The translations under genes and the position numbers were made by a program. Shown here one piece after another: positions 8,833-18,676 of a stretch of DNA of 64,000 bases. How positions within the stretch are numbered: the first letter of the stretch is position 1; each line of letters starts with the position of its first letter. The notes under the pieces were generated by a model, which saw nothing but the letters and a program-made list of their open reading frames with translations, was not told the DNA's origin and made no database searches. The stretch spans positions 9,834 through 73,833 of the forward strand of contig CAZGRP010000003.1 of the NCBI GenBank assembly GCA_964527995.1, given 5' to 3'. Source of the DNA: an uncultured Cytophagia bacterium. Its GTDB lineage: Bacteria > Zhuqueibacterota > Zhuqueibacteria > Oceanimicrobiales > CAZGRP01.

Positions 8833-11800
8833 CTACATGCGGCTACTGATGAACGACTTGTTCTCCAGCAGAACTTCAGAAGGTAGCATGCCGAATTCCT
8901 CGCGGAAGGTTTTGGTGAAATAGGCGGGACTGCCAAAGCCGACGAGGTAGGAAATCTCGGCGATGGTGGCGGAGTTTTGTTCTAGCAGCTGCCGGGCGCG
9001 CAGCAGGCGCATGGAGCGGATCACCTGGCTGGGCGTCTGCCCGGTGAGGGCTTTGAGCTTGCGGCGAAACTGGCGTTCGCTCATGGCGATTTCAGCGCAT
9101 AGGGCTTCCACCCCGAAAGTTTCATCGCCCATCTCGCGTTCGATCACCTGGCGGACATTTTCGAGAAAGGCCTGATCAATCGGCGTCACGGTCAACTCCG
9201 AGAGAGACAACACGGCCCTTTTGTCCAAACTTGCGATCAGCTTTCTGCGCACCGCGATGAGATTGTGCACCCGCGCCAGTAGCTCGTCGGACTGGAACGG
9301 TTTGATGAGATAATCATCCGCACCTGCCTGAAGGCCAGCGAGCTTGTCTTCCGCGGCGGCCCGGGCGGTGAGGAGAATGATAGGAATGTGGCTGGTTTTC
9401 TGGTCATTCTTGAGTACGCCGCACAATTCGTAGCCGTCCATCTTCGGCATCATCAAATCGCAGATGATGAGATCCGGGATCGCTTCCGCGGCCTTTTCGA
9501 CGCCCTCCTTGCCGTCCGCCGCCTCGAGCACCTCGTAGTCGACGCGCAGGACCGTTCGGACGAAGGCGCGCATGTCGCGGTTGTCCTCGATCACCAGGAC
9601 GATGCCGCCGTTCTCCTCGCCCCCTTCACGCGCGTCGGGGACGGACGCCAGGGTTACTTGCTCGAAGTCGGCAGCCGCTTCTCTTGCCTGTCCCTGCGCG
9701 ATGACAACCTCGGCGCTTTCCACGGGCAGGGTCACGATAAACGTGGTTCCCTCGCCCTTACGGCTCTGCACAGAGATGTCACCGCGCTGCAGTTCCACCA
9801 GTTCTTTCACCAGGGCCAACCCGATGCCACTGCCGCGCATTTCACTGCCAGAGTCATCCACCTGAAAAAACCGATCGAAGACCTGTGCAATGTGCTCAGC
9901 TGGAATCCCGGCGCCGTTGTCGGCGACTTTGACCACGACGGAAGCAGGGTTTGGTGCGCCTCCGGCCAACGAAACCGAGAGGCGGACCGCGCCGCCATCG
10001 GGTGTGAACTTGAACGCGTTGGACAGCAGGTTGTGGAAGATATTCTCCATCTTGTCGTGATCGAACAGCATGATCAACGCCTCGCGTCCTGTGCTGAAGC
10101 GAACGTTGATATTCTTTGTTTCCGCCAGAGCGTCGTAGGACCTCAGAACGCCACGCAGGAAAGAGACCAGGTCTCCTTGGCGCAGGTACAACTCCATTTT
10201 CCCGGCGTCGAGTTTCGACAGATCGAGCAGTTGGTTGATGAGTTGCAGCAGGCGCTGGGCGTTGCGCTGCATCACGCCGAGCATGCGCTGTGACTCCTCA
10301 TCAGGTAGTTTTTCCATCAACTGCTGCATCGGCCCGATGATCAACGTGAGCGGGGTGCGAAAGTCATGGGAAATATTGGCGAAAAAACGCGACTTGAGGT
10401 GATTCAACTCGCGCAATTTCTCTCCTTCTATCCGTTCCAGGTGCAGGCGGCTTTTCAAGCGCAGACGATTCATCTCGTAGCGTCGGACGCCGTAGAGGAG
10501 ACCGAAGGCCGCCAGGCCGTAAAGGGAGTAAGCCCACCAGGTCTTCCAGGGCGGCGGGCTGATATGAATCGCCAACCTGGCCCCCTGTTCATTCCAGACC
10601 CCGTCATTGTTACTGCCCTTTACTTGGAAGAGGTAATCACCCGCCGGCAGATTGGTATAAGTGGCCTGGCGGTGTGTTCCAGATAGAATCCAGCGGTTAT
10701 CAAATCCCCACATACGATAGGCGTATTGATTTCGCGTTGGCGCCGAGAAATCCAAAGAAGAAAACTCTAAAGTGATCACATTTTCCCGGTACGAAAGATT
10801 CACAAGCTTCTTATGGGTGATCAGACTATCCAGGATTTGCGGATGGGTTTTCGGTGAAATCACCTGATTGAAAAGACGCAAACCGGTGAGCACCACTCTC
10901 GGGATGTGGGGATTGTCGACTATGTTTTCGGGGGAAAAATAATTCAGCCCTTTAATGCCACCAAAAAACATCTCGCCTGATTGACTCAGAAAATAAGCGC
11001 CGGTGTTGAACTCATTGCTTTGCAGCCCGTCGCTGACATCAAAGTTGCGGAACTCTCTTGTGGCCGGGTTAAAGCGCGATAAGCCCCTGTTCGTGCTCAA
11101 CCAGAGATTACCTGCCTTGTCGGGCAGCGCTGCATAGACCACATTATTGGGCAGTCCATCTGCTTCGGTCAGTGCACGAAAGGTTTCCTCCTGGCGGTCG
11201 AATCGGTTCAATCCGCCACCGGCGGTTCCTAACCATAGAATATCCGGGAGGCTGGGATCTGGCGTGATGGACAACACTACATTATTAGAGAGACTGTTGG
11301 CATCGATAGGATCATATCGAAGATAGCGAAAGACTTCGTTTTTCGGATCAAAGCGGGCCAGACCATCGTCTGTGGCCAACCAAAAAATACCGGTCGGATC
11401 CTGATAGACGGCAGTTACGGGCACGAAGCGTGTGGCCGGGTTTTGCCTGTATCTGAAATGGGTAAACTTGCCGTCCGTTTCGTTATACCGGCTGAAAAAG
11501 TTTTCGCTTGCCACCCAGATGTGCCCCTCCGTGTCCAGAAAAACCCGATAAGCGACTTTTTCCTTCAAACCGCTGCCGAGGGTAAAATGGCGGTACTTTT
11601 TAGTTTTTGGATTGTAGCGGTAAACACCCTCGAACCCGGCAAGCCAGATGAAGCCACTGCTATCCTGCAGCATGGACCAGGAGCCGGTGTTGCCAAAATC
11701 TTCCGGATGTTCGGAATCGGTCTCGAAACTTTTCAGCTCGTCCGTGCTGCGGTTCCAGCGGTACAGCACGTCGGCGCTGATCCAAAGGATCCCTTCCCGA

Positions 11801-12960
11801 TCCTCCATCAATGCGGTGATGCTGAATCGGTCGATACGTGACGGGAAATCGCGTGGCCGAAGATAGGTAAAAAAACGATCCGCCTTGGGATCGTAACGGT
11901 TCAACCCGTAACCATTGGTGCCAATCCAGAACACACCGGAGCGATCACGGAAAAGACGGGTGAGGTTGTTGCTGCTCAGTGAAAGGGGACTCATCTTTTC
12001 GCTTCGAATAGACTGAAATTGTTGTCGCGCAGGATCAAAAATCATCAGCTCGTCGGGCGTGGCAAGCCACAAACGGCCGGTCTCGTCTCCTTCGATATCC
12101 AGGACCGTGCCCCAGCCGCGACGATAGGTGCGAAAATGGTGGGGGAACGACTCGATGGCTCCGGTCTCAGGCTGCAACCGGTTCAAACCGGATATCGTGC
12201 CGGCCCAAATGCTGCCATTCTTGCTCTGATACAGGGAGGTGACGCGGGAGTCCATAAAACCGCCTTTGCTACCTTCTTCTAAGAAATAATGGACAAATAC
12301 AGGAAATGGCTGGGCGTCGCCCGGGGTAAAACGATTGAGCCCATTTGCTGTCCCAATCCACAAGTCACCCCGCTTATCGACGAGCAGGGCTTCAATAAAA
12401 TCATCACTGATACTTTGGGGCTTTTCCGGGTCATGGAAGAACTTTTCAAAATATGGTTGAGAACGCTCTGCCTCGCCGGCTGCCAGGCGGTTGAGACCGT
12501 TGCTGGTTCCGATCCACAAAGCGCCGCTGCTGTCCTCGGCGATAGAATTGATGCGATTGCTGCTGATACTCCCGGGAATTTCAGAAGACTGGGAATAGCG
12601 TCGGAAATAACCACTGGTGGGATCGAGACGGTTCAACCCGCCCTCGCGAGTTCCAATCCAGATGTAGCCTCGGCTGTCTTCAAACAGCGCGGTAATATAG
12701 TTGTTCGAGATGCTGTTGCTATCCGAGGGGACATTTTTGTAGACGGCAAAGCCGTAGCCGTCATACCGGTTCAGGCCATCCTTGGTGCCGATCCAGATGA
12801 ACCCTTGCCGGTCCTGCAACAGGGCGAAGACCGCGTTCTGCGACAGGCCGTCGTCGATGGTCAGGTGCCTGAAACGGAGTGGTAGTTCCTGCGCCGGCGC
12901 ATTCGGCGGCAGAAGAGTCATCCCCAAGATGACCAGAACATTCGCTATTTGAAGCTTCAT
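8833..12960 (-). CDS. Hybrid two-component system sensor histidine kinase/response regulator with AraC-type HTH output (HTCS-like). Periplasmic two-component-regulator propeller repeats, then Y_Y_Y, HisKA, HATPase_c, REC and HTH_AraC.
   Basis: 1375 aa. Signal peptide, then many 'GLxxxxxDxxGxIWIGTxxGLNR' propeller repeats. HisKA H-box ANISHDFRTPLTLI. HATPase block ADNGAGIP. REC block LIICDLMMPKMDG. C-terminal AraC HTH ...IAEISYLVGFGSPAYFTKTFREEFG. Confidence 0.9.
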   Translation of the reverse strand: MKLQIANVLVILGMTLLPPNAPAQELPLRFRHLTIDDGLSQNAVFALLQDRQGFIWIGTKDGLNRYDGYGFAVYKNVPSDSNSISNNYITALFEDSRGYIWIGTREGGLNRLDPTSGYFRRYSQSSEIPGSISSNRINSIAEDSSGALWIGTSNGLNRLAAGEAERSQPYFEKFFHDPEKPQSISDDFIEALLVDKRGDLWIGTANGLNRFTPGDAQPFPVFVHYFLEEGSKGGFMDSRVTSLYQSKNGSIWAGTISGLNRLQPETGAIESFPHHFRTYRRGWGTVLDIEGDETGRLWLATPDELMIFDPARQQFQSIRSEKMSPLSLSSNNLTRLFRDRSGVFWIGTNGYGLNRYDPKADRFFTYLRPRDFPSRIDRFSITALMEDREGILWISADVLYRWNRSTDELKSFETDSEHPEDFGNTGSWSMLQDSSGFIWLAGFEGVYRYNPKTKKYRHFTLGSGLKEKVAYRVFLDTEGHIWVASENFFSRYNETDGKFTHFRYRQNPATRFVPVTAVYQDPTGIFWLATDDGLARFDPKNEVFRYLRYDPIDANSLSNNVVLSITPDPSLPDILWLGTAGGGLNRFDRQEETFRALTEADGLPNNVVYAALPDKAGNLWLSTNRGLSRFNPATREFRNFDVSDGLQSNEFNTGAYFLSQSGEMFFGGIKGLNYFSPENIVDNPHIPRVVLTGLRLFNQVISPKTHPQILDSLITHKKLVNLSYRENVITLEFSSLDFSAPTRNQYAYRMWGFDNRWILSGTHRQATYTNLPAGDYLFQVKGSNNDGVWNEQGARLAIHISPPPWKTWWAYSLYGLAAFGLLYGVRRYEMNRLRLKSRLHLERIEGEKLRELNHLKSRFFANISHDFRTPLTLIIGPMQQLMEKLPDEESQRMLGVMQRNAQRLLQLINQLLDLSKLDAGKMELYLRQGDLVSFLRGVLRSYDALAETKNINVRFSTGREALIMLFDHDKMENIFHNLLSNAFKFTPDGGAVRLSVSLAGGAPNPASVVVKVADNGAGIPAEHIAQVFDRFFQVDDSGSEMRGSGIGLALVKELVELQRGDISVQSRKGEGTTFIVTLPVESAEVVIAQGQAREAAADFEQVTLASVPDAREGGEENGGIVLVIEDNRDMRAFVRTVLRVDYEVLEAADGKEGVEKAAEAIPDLIICDLMMPKMDGYELCGVLKNDQKTSHIPIILLTARAAAEDKLAGLQAGADDYLIKPFQSDELLARVHNLIAVRRKLIASLDKRAVLSLSELTVTPIDQAFLENVRQVIEREMGDETFGVEALCAEIAMSERQFRRKLKALTGQTPSQVIRSMRLLRARQLLEQNSATIAEISYLVGFGSPAYFTKTFREEFGMLPSEVLLENKSFISSRM

Positions 12961-13313
12961 CTTGTCATCTTAGCTGTTCTGGGCGGGTTCCCCAAAATGC
13001 GATAGTGGAACAACGTCTTACCGATCATACCGAATGCCTCCGCATTCGCCGAGACGGCCTGGCGAGCTTGGACTGTCTTCATGCGGCACATTTCATCCTT
13101 GCCGGCGATCAACCACGCTTCGCTGTTTCCAACACGAAGCGGCTGGATGCCTCCGGCAGCGCGCAGCACCAGTCCGGGCCAAGGCGAGAGAAAAAAACCG
13201 GTAGCGCTGGTATCAAATCGCTTCCTCATCGACAAAGGCCACGCTCTTTTGCCGATTTGGATCGTTAACCTCAGGAATTCCTGGAAATCCAGCGCTACCG
13301 GATCACCAGCCAA
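12957..13313 (-). CDS. Hypothetical protein. Stop overlaps the start of the hybrid sensor gene (ATGA).
   Basis: 118-aa ORF ending ...AKMTR, whose TGA overlaps the ATG of the downstream hybrid sensor gene. No recognisable domain. Confidence 0.3.
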   Translation of the reverse strand: MAGDPVALDFQEFLRLTIQIGKRAWPLSMRKRFDTSATGFFLSPWPGLVLRAAGGIQPLRVGNSEAWLIAGKDEMCRMKTVQARQAVSANAEAFGMIGKTLFHYRILGNPPRTAKMTR

Positions 13314-13542
13314 AGGACGGCGGTCCGCCGCCGTCCTGGGAAAAGACCGGATGCATCTCGGTTCGACAGGCCAAACTCACAGAGCCAGGTGAGCAGGCGT
13401 GGAGTTTTGGATGCGTCGGCCTCAAGGTGATCGCGATCCCACGCAAACAGCACAGCGGCGGCAAACTGTGAAGGAGAATTGTGCGTCCATTCTCGTGCGA
13501 ACCATGAATCTGTTCAAAACCAAGCTGCCACTCACACCCGAG

Positions 13543-15831
13543 CTAACGGACCGCGGCCTCCAGATCGGCGGCCGCCGAATCAATCAACGAAGCCATATCC
13601 GCAACCACAGCGGCCACTCGGCCAATCTGCATGTCGGCTTCTTTCCACTTCTTCTGTTCGATGGCTTCGCGCACTGCCGGGAGCGTCTTGACGCCATACC
13701 CGGTGTAGAAGCCGGGAGCATAAATCTGATGTTTGAACCACGGCCTGCCGGGTAGCCCCTCTCTTGTCGTCAGCTTCCGCTCGCTTTGCAGGAGCTTCTG
13801 ATTCAGCCCGGACGGTACGGGTTGACCGGACTGTCGAAATCGAGACACGGCCTTGGCATAGCGATCAGCGCTGCGGGTCAAGGCATCGACGGCGTTTTCC
13901 AGCGGCGCAAAATTCAGATGAGGGGGTACCTCCTCCCTGGAAGGAGGAACGAATGTCTTCTTCGGGTCCGCGGTCGCGGTGAACACGCCCTCGTCGATCT
14001 CTTTGTTGCGCTCGATTGCTTTTGCGCGAGTGGTCTCGAGAAGCTGCTCCAGGTCGCGGACGTAGCCACCAACGGTTTCAGCGAATTCGGTGAAGTCGTA
14101 CGGCAGAAGGTCGGCGTCTGCGAAGCGCAACACCGCCGTCCCCGCAGTCTGGGCCAACGCCCGGCCGTACACAAAGGACGTGTCGGAGAAATGCGTGTAC
14201 CAGTAGAAGTCGTCGTAGATGGAGTGGTAGATGCCGCCGCCGTCCTCGCCGCCATAGCCAAGGTTGATTGAAGCGACACCGAGATGGTCAAGGAACGCCG
14301 TATAATCGGAACCCGACCCGAGGGCGAAGATCTTCAGATCGGAGCGCCGGCGAATCTCTTGCCGTTCTTTATCGGATTTGGCCGAACGGATTTGCCGCAG
14401 TTGACTGCGTTTCCAGACCGAGACCTTGGTTTCTGGGTCAGTGATCTCACGAGCGATCGCGTTGACGAACTTTTGCAGCGTGTGGGAACCGGCGGCGCGC
14501 AGGTAGCCTCTGCTGTTGGTGTCCGAATTGATGTAGAGAGCGGCATGCTCGCGGAGTTCATCGGCATGTGCCTCGGCCCATTCGGTCGAGCCAAGCAGTC
14601 CCGGTTCCTCGCCGTCCCAGGCGCAGTAGATGATCGTTCGCTTTGGCCGCCATCCTTTCTTCAGAAGGATGCCGAAGGCGCGGGCCTCCTCCAGGAGTGG
14701 AACGAGGCCGGAGACAGGATCCTGCGCACCGTTCACCCAGGCATCGTGATGGTTGCCACGAATGACCCACTCGTCCGGGTACGTCGAACCTGGGATCTTG
14801 GCGACAACGTCGTAGATCGGTTTGATGTCCCAGTTGGACTTCACCTTAAGGTGCACTTTGGCCGGCCCAGGCCCGATGTGATAGGTGATGGGCAGGGCGC
14901 CACGCCAGCCGGTCGGCGCCACAGGTCCGCCGAGGGCGCTGAGCAGCGGTTGGGCGTCGCCGTAAGAGATCGGCAGCACCGGGATCGGTGCGAAAGTCTT
15001 GACGTCACGGCGGGCCAGACGTTTCACCTTCTTCGTGGCTCCAACACCGGGCGTCAGTGGATCGCCGGGATAGCGAGGCATATCCATGACGCTGCCGCGC
15101 TGCACTCCCTGCTGCGGCCGCCACGGCCCTTGAGGAAAGGTATCGCCCCGAAAATAGCCGTCTTCGCGCGGGTCGGAGTAAAGGATGCAGCCGACGGCAC
15201 CATGCTCGGCCGCAACCTTGGGCTTGATGCCGCGCCAGGAGCGCCCGTAACGGGCGATGACGATCGCCCCCTTCACGGAAATGCCCAATCGTTCGAGCTG
15301 TTCGTAGTCCTCTGGAATACCGTAGTTGACGTAGACAAGGGGTGCGGTCACGTCCCCGTCTATCGAGTAGGCATTGTAGGTCGGCAATTGTTCTTGCCGC
15401 TGCCCCGATGTTGGATCGACTGCGACCACCGTCTCCCGAAGTTTGGCCACGTATTTCTTCGGGGCCACCATCTCCACCGTCCTTTCGCGGGGGGTGGGAA
15501 AAAGCACCTCGAAGGTCTCGATGTGGGCGTCAAGACCCCATTCCTTGAACTTCGAAAGAATCCACTCCGCGTTGTCCCGGTCGTAGGGAGAACCCAGATG
15601 ATGCGGCCGTGCCGACAGCCGCTTCATGTATTCTCGTAGAAGGCGAGGATCGGGAATCGCCTGGAATTCTTTCTCCCAGTTGCGGTCCACGTCCCTGCCG
15701 GGCGAAGCAAGCGCGGGAGAAGACACGGCGGCGCCGGTGACCCCGGACCACAATGTGCGATTCGTTTGAGGTTGAGCAACTGCGTTGGCGAAGGTAGATG
15801 TCAGTACCGTCAGCATGAAAAGAAGTCTCAT
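13543..15831 (-). CDS. M28-family zinc peptidase, glutamate carboxypeptidase II / transferrin-receptor-like (PA domain, M28 domain, TFR-dimer domain). Secreted.
   Basis: Start MRLLFMLTVLTSTFANAVAQ (signal peptide). Conserved blocks ...VIRGNHHDAWVNGAQDPVSG..., ...YCAWDGEEPGLLGSTEW..., ...HSIYD.... Confidence 0.85.
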   Translation of the reverse strand: MRLLFMLTVLTSTFANAVAQPQTNRTLWSGVTGAAVSSPALASPGRDVDRNWEKEFQAIPDPRLLREYMKRLSARPHHLGSPYDRDNAEWILSKFKEWGLDAHIETFEVLFPTPRERTVEMVAPKKYVAKLRETVVAVDPTSGQRQEQLPTYNAYSIDGDVTAPLVYVNYGIPEDYEQLERLGISVKGAIVIARYGRSWRGIKPKVAAEHGAVGCILYSDPREDGYFRGDTFPQGPWRPQQGVQRGSVMDMPRYPGDPLTPGVGATKKVKRLARRDVKTFAPIPVLPISYGDAQPLLSALGGPVAPTGWRGALPITYHIGPGPAKVHLKVKSNWDIKPIYDVVAKIPGSTYPDEWVIRGNHHDAWVNGAQDPVSGLVPLLEEARAFGILLKKGWRPKRTIIYCAWDGEEPGLLGSTEWAEAHADELREHAALYINSDTNSRGYLRAAGSHTLQKFVNAIAREITDPETKVSVWKRSQLRQIRSAKSDKERQEIRRRSDLKIFALGSGSDYTAFLDHLGVASINLGYGGEDGGGIYHSIYDDFYWYTHFSDTSFVYGRALAQTAGTAVLRFADADLLPYDFTEFAETVGGYVRDLEQLLETTRAKAIERNKEIDEGVFTATADPKKTFVPPSREEVPPHLNFAPLENAVDALTRSADRYAKAVSRFRQSGQPVPSGLNQKLLQSERKLTTREGLPGRPWFKHQIYAPGFYTGYGVKTLPAVREAIEQKKWKEADMQIGRVAAVVADMASLIDSAAADLEAAVR

Positions 15832-16348
15832 CGCTTCCTCCACTCTTTGATCGATTCCGGCTGCTTCAGCAGGCTGGATACATCTTCTCGGCGGGAAGGC
15901 GGGATGATCCGACAGCGAGCGCTCGTCGAGAGAGCGAGCACAGTGTGCGCGCGTAGCCGGCACGAGGTAGAAGCAAGAGGATCATTGATCCCATCCCGGT
16001 GGAGTCTTGCCTGGGAAATGGCGGCCCCCTACAATCGCCACGCTTCAGGGGAGGGAAGCCAGGGCCCGACTGCCCAAAATCACGGCTCCGTGGCAAGGGC
16101 ACAGCCGAATAGATCACGGCAATGACGTGTTTGAAGGGGAGAAACGAGCGCTCAGCATAAGCCAACAAGAAATGCCGGCGTGGTATTCCAGCAGGGCCTA
16201 CATGAGGAGTTGCCTGCCGCCTCCATCAAGGCGCACGTGTAAGGCTCTACAAGGTCCGATCCCCGTCCTGTGAAGATATCGCTTTTGAGTGAAATGTCAA
16301 GTAAAAAATGGAGATAGCAACAGCCACGCGCTCTGGCCAGCGGCAGCC

Positions 16349-17176
16349 TCACCCTGCCTGGTCAACCGCCTCGCTGCCCGACTCCTGCAAACGCACCAGC
16401 CGGCGAGCGAAGGTGAGAAATCCGGTATGCCCAATCATCTGATGTTCCGGGCGCACGCTCATGCCTTCGACGTTCCAGTGTCGCATCAGGATCTCCATCG
16501 ACTCGATGTGGGCAAAGCCCTTGCTCTGGCGTAGGGCATCCACGACCATCTTGAGTTGAATCGTCGTCGGCACATACCCCATGAAGATGCCGCCGGGACG
16601 CAGGGCCTCGACGGCATGCCCCACCACACGCCATGGTTCGGAGAGGTCGAGCAACACCCGGTCGACGCCGCGCTCATCGATGCCCTCGTAGATGTCCTGA
16701 ACCTTGACGATGTGGTTGGGCATCGGGCCGAGAAAAGTTTCCACATTCTCGTGTGCCCGGAGAGCGAACTCCTCGCGGGTCTCATAGCTCACCACCTGCC
16801 CTTCGGGTCCCACCACTCGCAACAACGCCATGGCCAGGGCGCCGCTGCCAAAGCCGGCTTCTACCACTTTGGCTCCCGGAAAGAGATCAGCCCACATCAG
16901 CAGCACGCCGATATCCTTCGGGTACATGACCGTGGCGCCACGCGGCATCTTTACGATGTTTTCGGCGATGGTGGGTCGAAAAACCTGGAAGACCGCGCCT
17001 AGCTGGGTACGCATCTCAAACCCTTCGCTGCGACCGATGATGTCGTCGTGAAGCAGAATGTTGCCGCGAATGTCCGTTCGCCCACCGCGGCGCAGGCGGC
17101 TCCAGTAGATGCGCTCCTTGCGGTCGACGAAGATGACCGGGTCCCCCTCTTCGAGGATTCCATTCCGAGTACTGAT
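16349..17176 (-). CDS. trmI: tRNA (adenine-N1)-methyltransferase TrmI (GCD14 family).
   Basis: MT domain ...MPRGATVMYPKDIGVLLMWADLFPGAKVVEAGFGSGALAMAL.... The TrmI N-domain (GDPVIFVDRKERIYWSRLRRGG...LLHDDIIGRSEGF) lies in-frame upstream of the first ATG at 17014. No ATG/GTG/TTG precedes it. AGGAGGT sits 6 nt before an in-frame ATC at 17176. The 5' end is therefore uncertain. Confidence 0.75.
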   Translation of the reverse strand: MSTRNGILEEGDPVIFVDRKERIYWSRLRRGGRTDIRGNILLHDDIIGRSEGFEMRTQLGAVFQVFRPTIAENIVKMPRGATVMYPKDIGVLLMWADLFPGAKVVEAGFGSGALAMALLRVVGPEGQVVSYETREEFALRAHENVETFLGPMPNHIVKVQDIYEGIDERGVDRVLLDLSEPWRVVGHAVEALRPGGIFMGYVPTTIQLKMVVDALRQSKGFAHIESMEILMRHWNVEGMSVRPEHQMIGHTGFLTFARRLVRLQESGSEAVDQAG

Positions 17177-17187
17177 CGCGCTACCTC

Positions 17188-18363
17188 CTATTCTACCGAG
17201 ATGACCTTCTTTTCAGTTTGCTGAAGCGCCCGCTCGATGAAAGGGTCGAGATCAAGCTCCGCCTCGATGCGGCGTACCGTCCTGAGATCTGCCTTCGTCT
17301 CTGGGTTGCGCGGCACAAACAGCGAACAGCAGTCCTCGTAAGGTGCAATCGAGATCTCATAGGTGCCGATGCGGCACGCCAACTGGATGATCTCATCTTT
17401 ATCATCGCCAATGAGCGGACGCAGCACCGGCAGGGTGGCTGCATCGTTGACGGCGAGGACGTTGCTCAGCGTCTGGCTGGCTACCTGGCCGACGCTTTCT
17501 CCAGTGACGAGCGCCTTTGCTCGACCGCGTCGTGCCAGGATTTCCGCAATGCGGAACATGGCCCGGCGGTAGAGGAGAACGCCGTAGGAGGTCGGGGCAT
17601 GACTGATGATGTGCTGCTGGATCTCCAGGAACGGCACCAGGAAGAGCGTGGAGCGAAACTGATACTGTGTCAGCACACGCACCAGAGCTTCGGCGTTCCG
17701 CATCGAGGCCGGGCTGGTGTAAGGGTGGCTGTGGAAGTGCACAAAACGCAGCCGCACGCCACGCTTCATCATCTTGTACGAGGCCACCGGCGAGTCGATG
17801 CCCGACGACAGCAAAACCACGGCCTGTTCGCTGACACCCACAGGCAAGCCGCCGGGTCCGTCGATACGATCGACCCACACCAGTGCCGCATCGCGCAGAA
17901 CTTCCACATGGCACGTCAGCTCGGGGCTCCCTAAGTTGACCGCGGCACCGCTTCTTTTCTGGACGTAGGCTCCGACCTCGGCGTTGATCTGCGGCGAAGT
18001 GAGCGGATATGCCTTGTGGGCCCGGCGCGTGTGGATCTTGAAGCTGTCGAAGCGCCGGCCTTCCAACAGAGACCAGGCTGTCTCCTGGAGCGCGCCCAGA
18101 GTGTTCGCCACCAGCCTGGCCGGTGCGAGATAAGCGACGCCGAAGACTTTGCGCAGGCGTCCGATAGCTGCGTCTACATCAGCTTCCGGCGCCAGATGCA
18201 CCACCAGCCGGCCGTTCAGCCGGTCGACACTGCGAAACGGCAAGCCATGAAGCGCCTTGCGGATGTTGCGTGCCAGTTGCGCCTCGAAGTAGCCGCGGTT
18301 CTTCCCCTTGAGAGCGATTTCGTGGTAGTGGATGAGGAGACAGGTGTCAGATGGGGGATTCAT
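17188..18363 (-). CDS. thiI: tRNA 4-thiouridine(8) synthase ThiI (THUMP domain plus PP-loop ATP pyrophosphatase).
   Basis: 391 aa. PP-loop VVLLSSGIDSPVASYKMMKRG. ThiI-type N-terminus LLIHYHEIALKGKNRGYFE. Confidence 0.9.
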   Translation of the reverse strand: MNPPSDTCLLIHYHEIALKGKNRGYFEAQLARNIRKALHGLPFRSVDRLNGRLVVHLAPEADVDAAIGRLRKVFGVAYLAPARLVANTLGALQETAWSLLEGRRFDSFKIHTRRAHKAYPLTSPQINAEVGAYVQKRSGAAVNLGSPELTCHVEVLRDAALVWVDRIDGPGGLPVGVSEQAVVLLSSGIDSPVASYKMMKRGVRLRFVHFHSHPYTSPASMRNAEALVRVLTQYQFRSTLFLVPFLEIQQHIISHAPTSYGVLLYRRAMFRIAEILARRGRAKALVTGESVGQVASQTLSNVLAVNDAATLPVLRPLIGDDKDEIIQLACRIGTYEISIAPYEDCCSLFVPRNPETKADLRTVRRIEAELDLDPFIERALQQTEKKVISVE

Positions 18364-18551
18364 TTCGAAGCCATTTTATGGCCACAACGGTCTACTTCCG
18401 TGGCTGGTAGATACCAGATATCAGCGATCGCGTGTCAGGTGCCGCGCATTGGCTGCAGGCGCGAACCCGACGGGCCATGCCTGGCGAACGGGACAGGCGC
18501 CGCATAAGAAAAATAACGATCCGCACCGCCAAATGCAACCTGAACCCAGAC

Positions 18552-18578
18552 ACAAAAAGGGCCGGGACTTGCCCGGCC
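18552..18578 (-). terminator. Rho-independent terminator downstream of the aldo/keto reductase gene.
   Basis: Hairpin GGCCGGG-acttg-CCCGGCC at 18559-18578. Immediately followed, on the minus-strand transcript, by CUUUUUGUGU. Confidence 0.5.
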
Positions 18579-18676
18579 TGTCATTCAGAGATACGTCGGA
18601 GGTAGCGACGGCCCGAACGGCGTAATTCGCTCGGCCGCCGCCATCCAGTCACAATGCTGGTCTCAGCCTACCCGGC

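Noticed and set aside
9388-10293. Long plus-strand ORFs antisense to large minus-strand genes (also 14284..15639, 22404..23570, 24595..25227, 32001..33263, 35686..36690, 36841..38466, 56609..58954, 59264..61033).
   Set aside because: Low-complexity, Arg/Ala/Gly/Pro-rich translations with no domains, typical of spurious antisense ORFs in high-GC DNA. The opposite strand carries clear conserved proteins.
15832-16348. RNase P / SRP / tmRNA / 6S RNA in the trmI-peptidase gap.
   Set aside because: None of the universally conserved motifs are present on either strand. These are GGAAAGUCCGG and AGGGUGAAA for RNase P, GGAAGCAGCC for SRP domain IV, and the tmRNA tag-reading frame with its tRNA-like ends.
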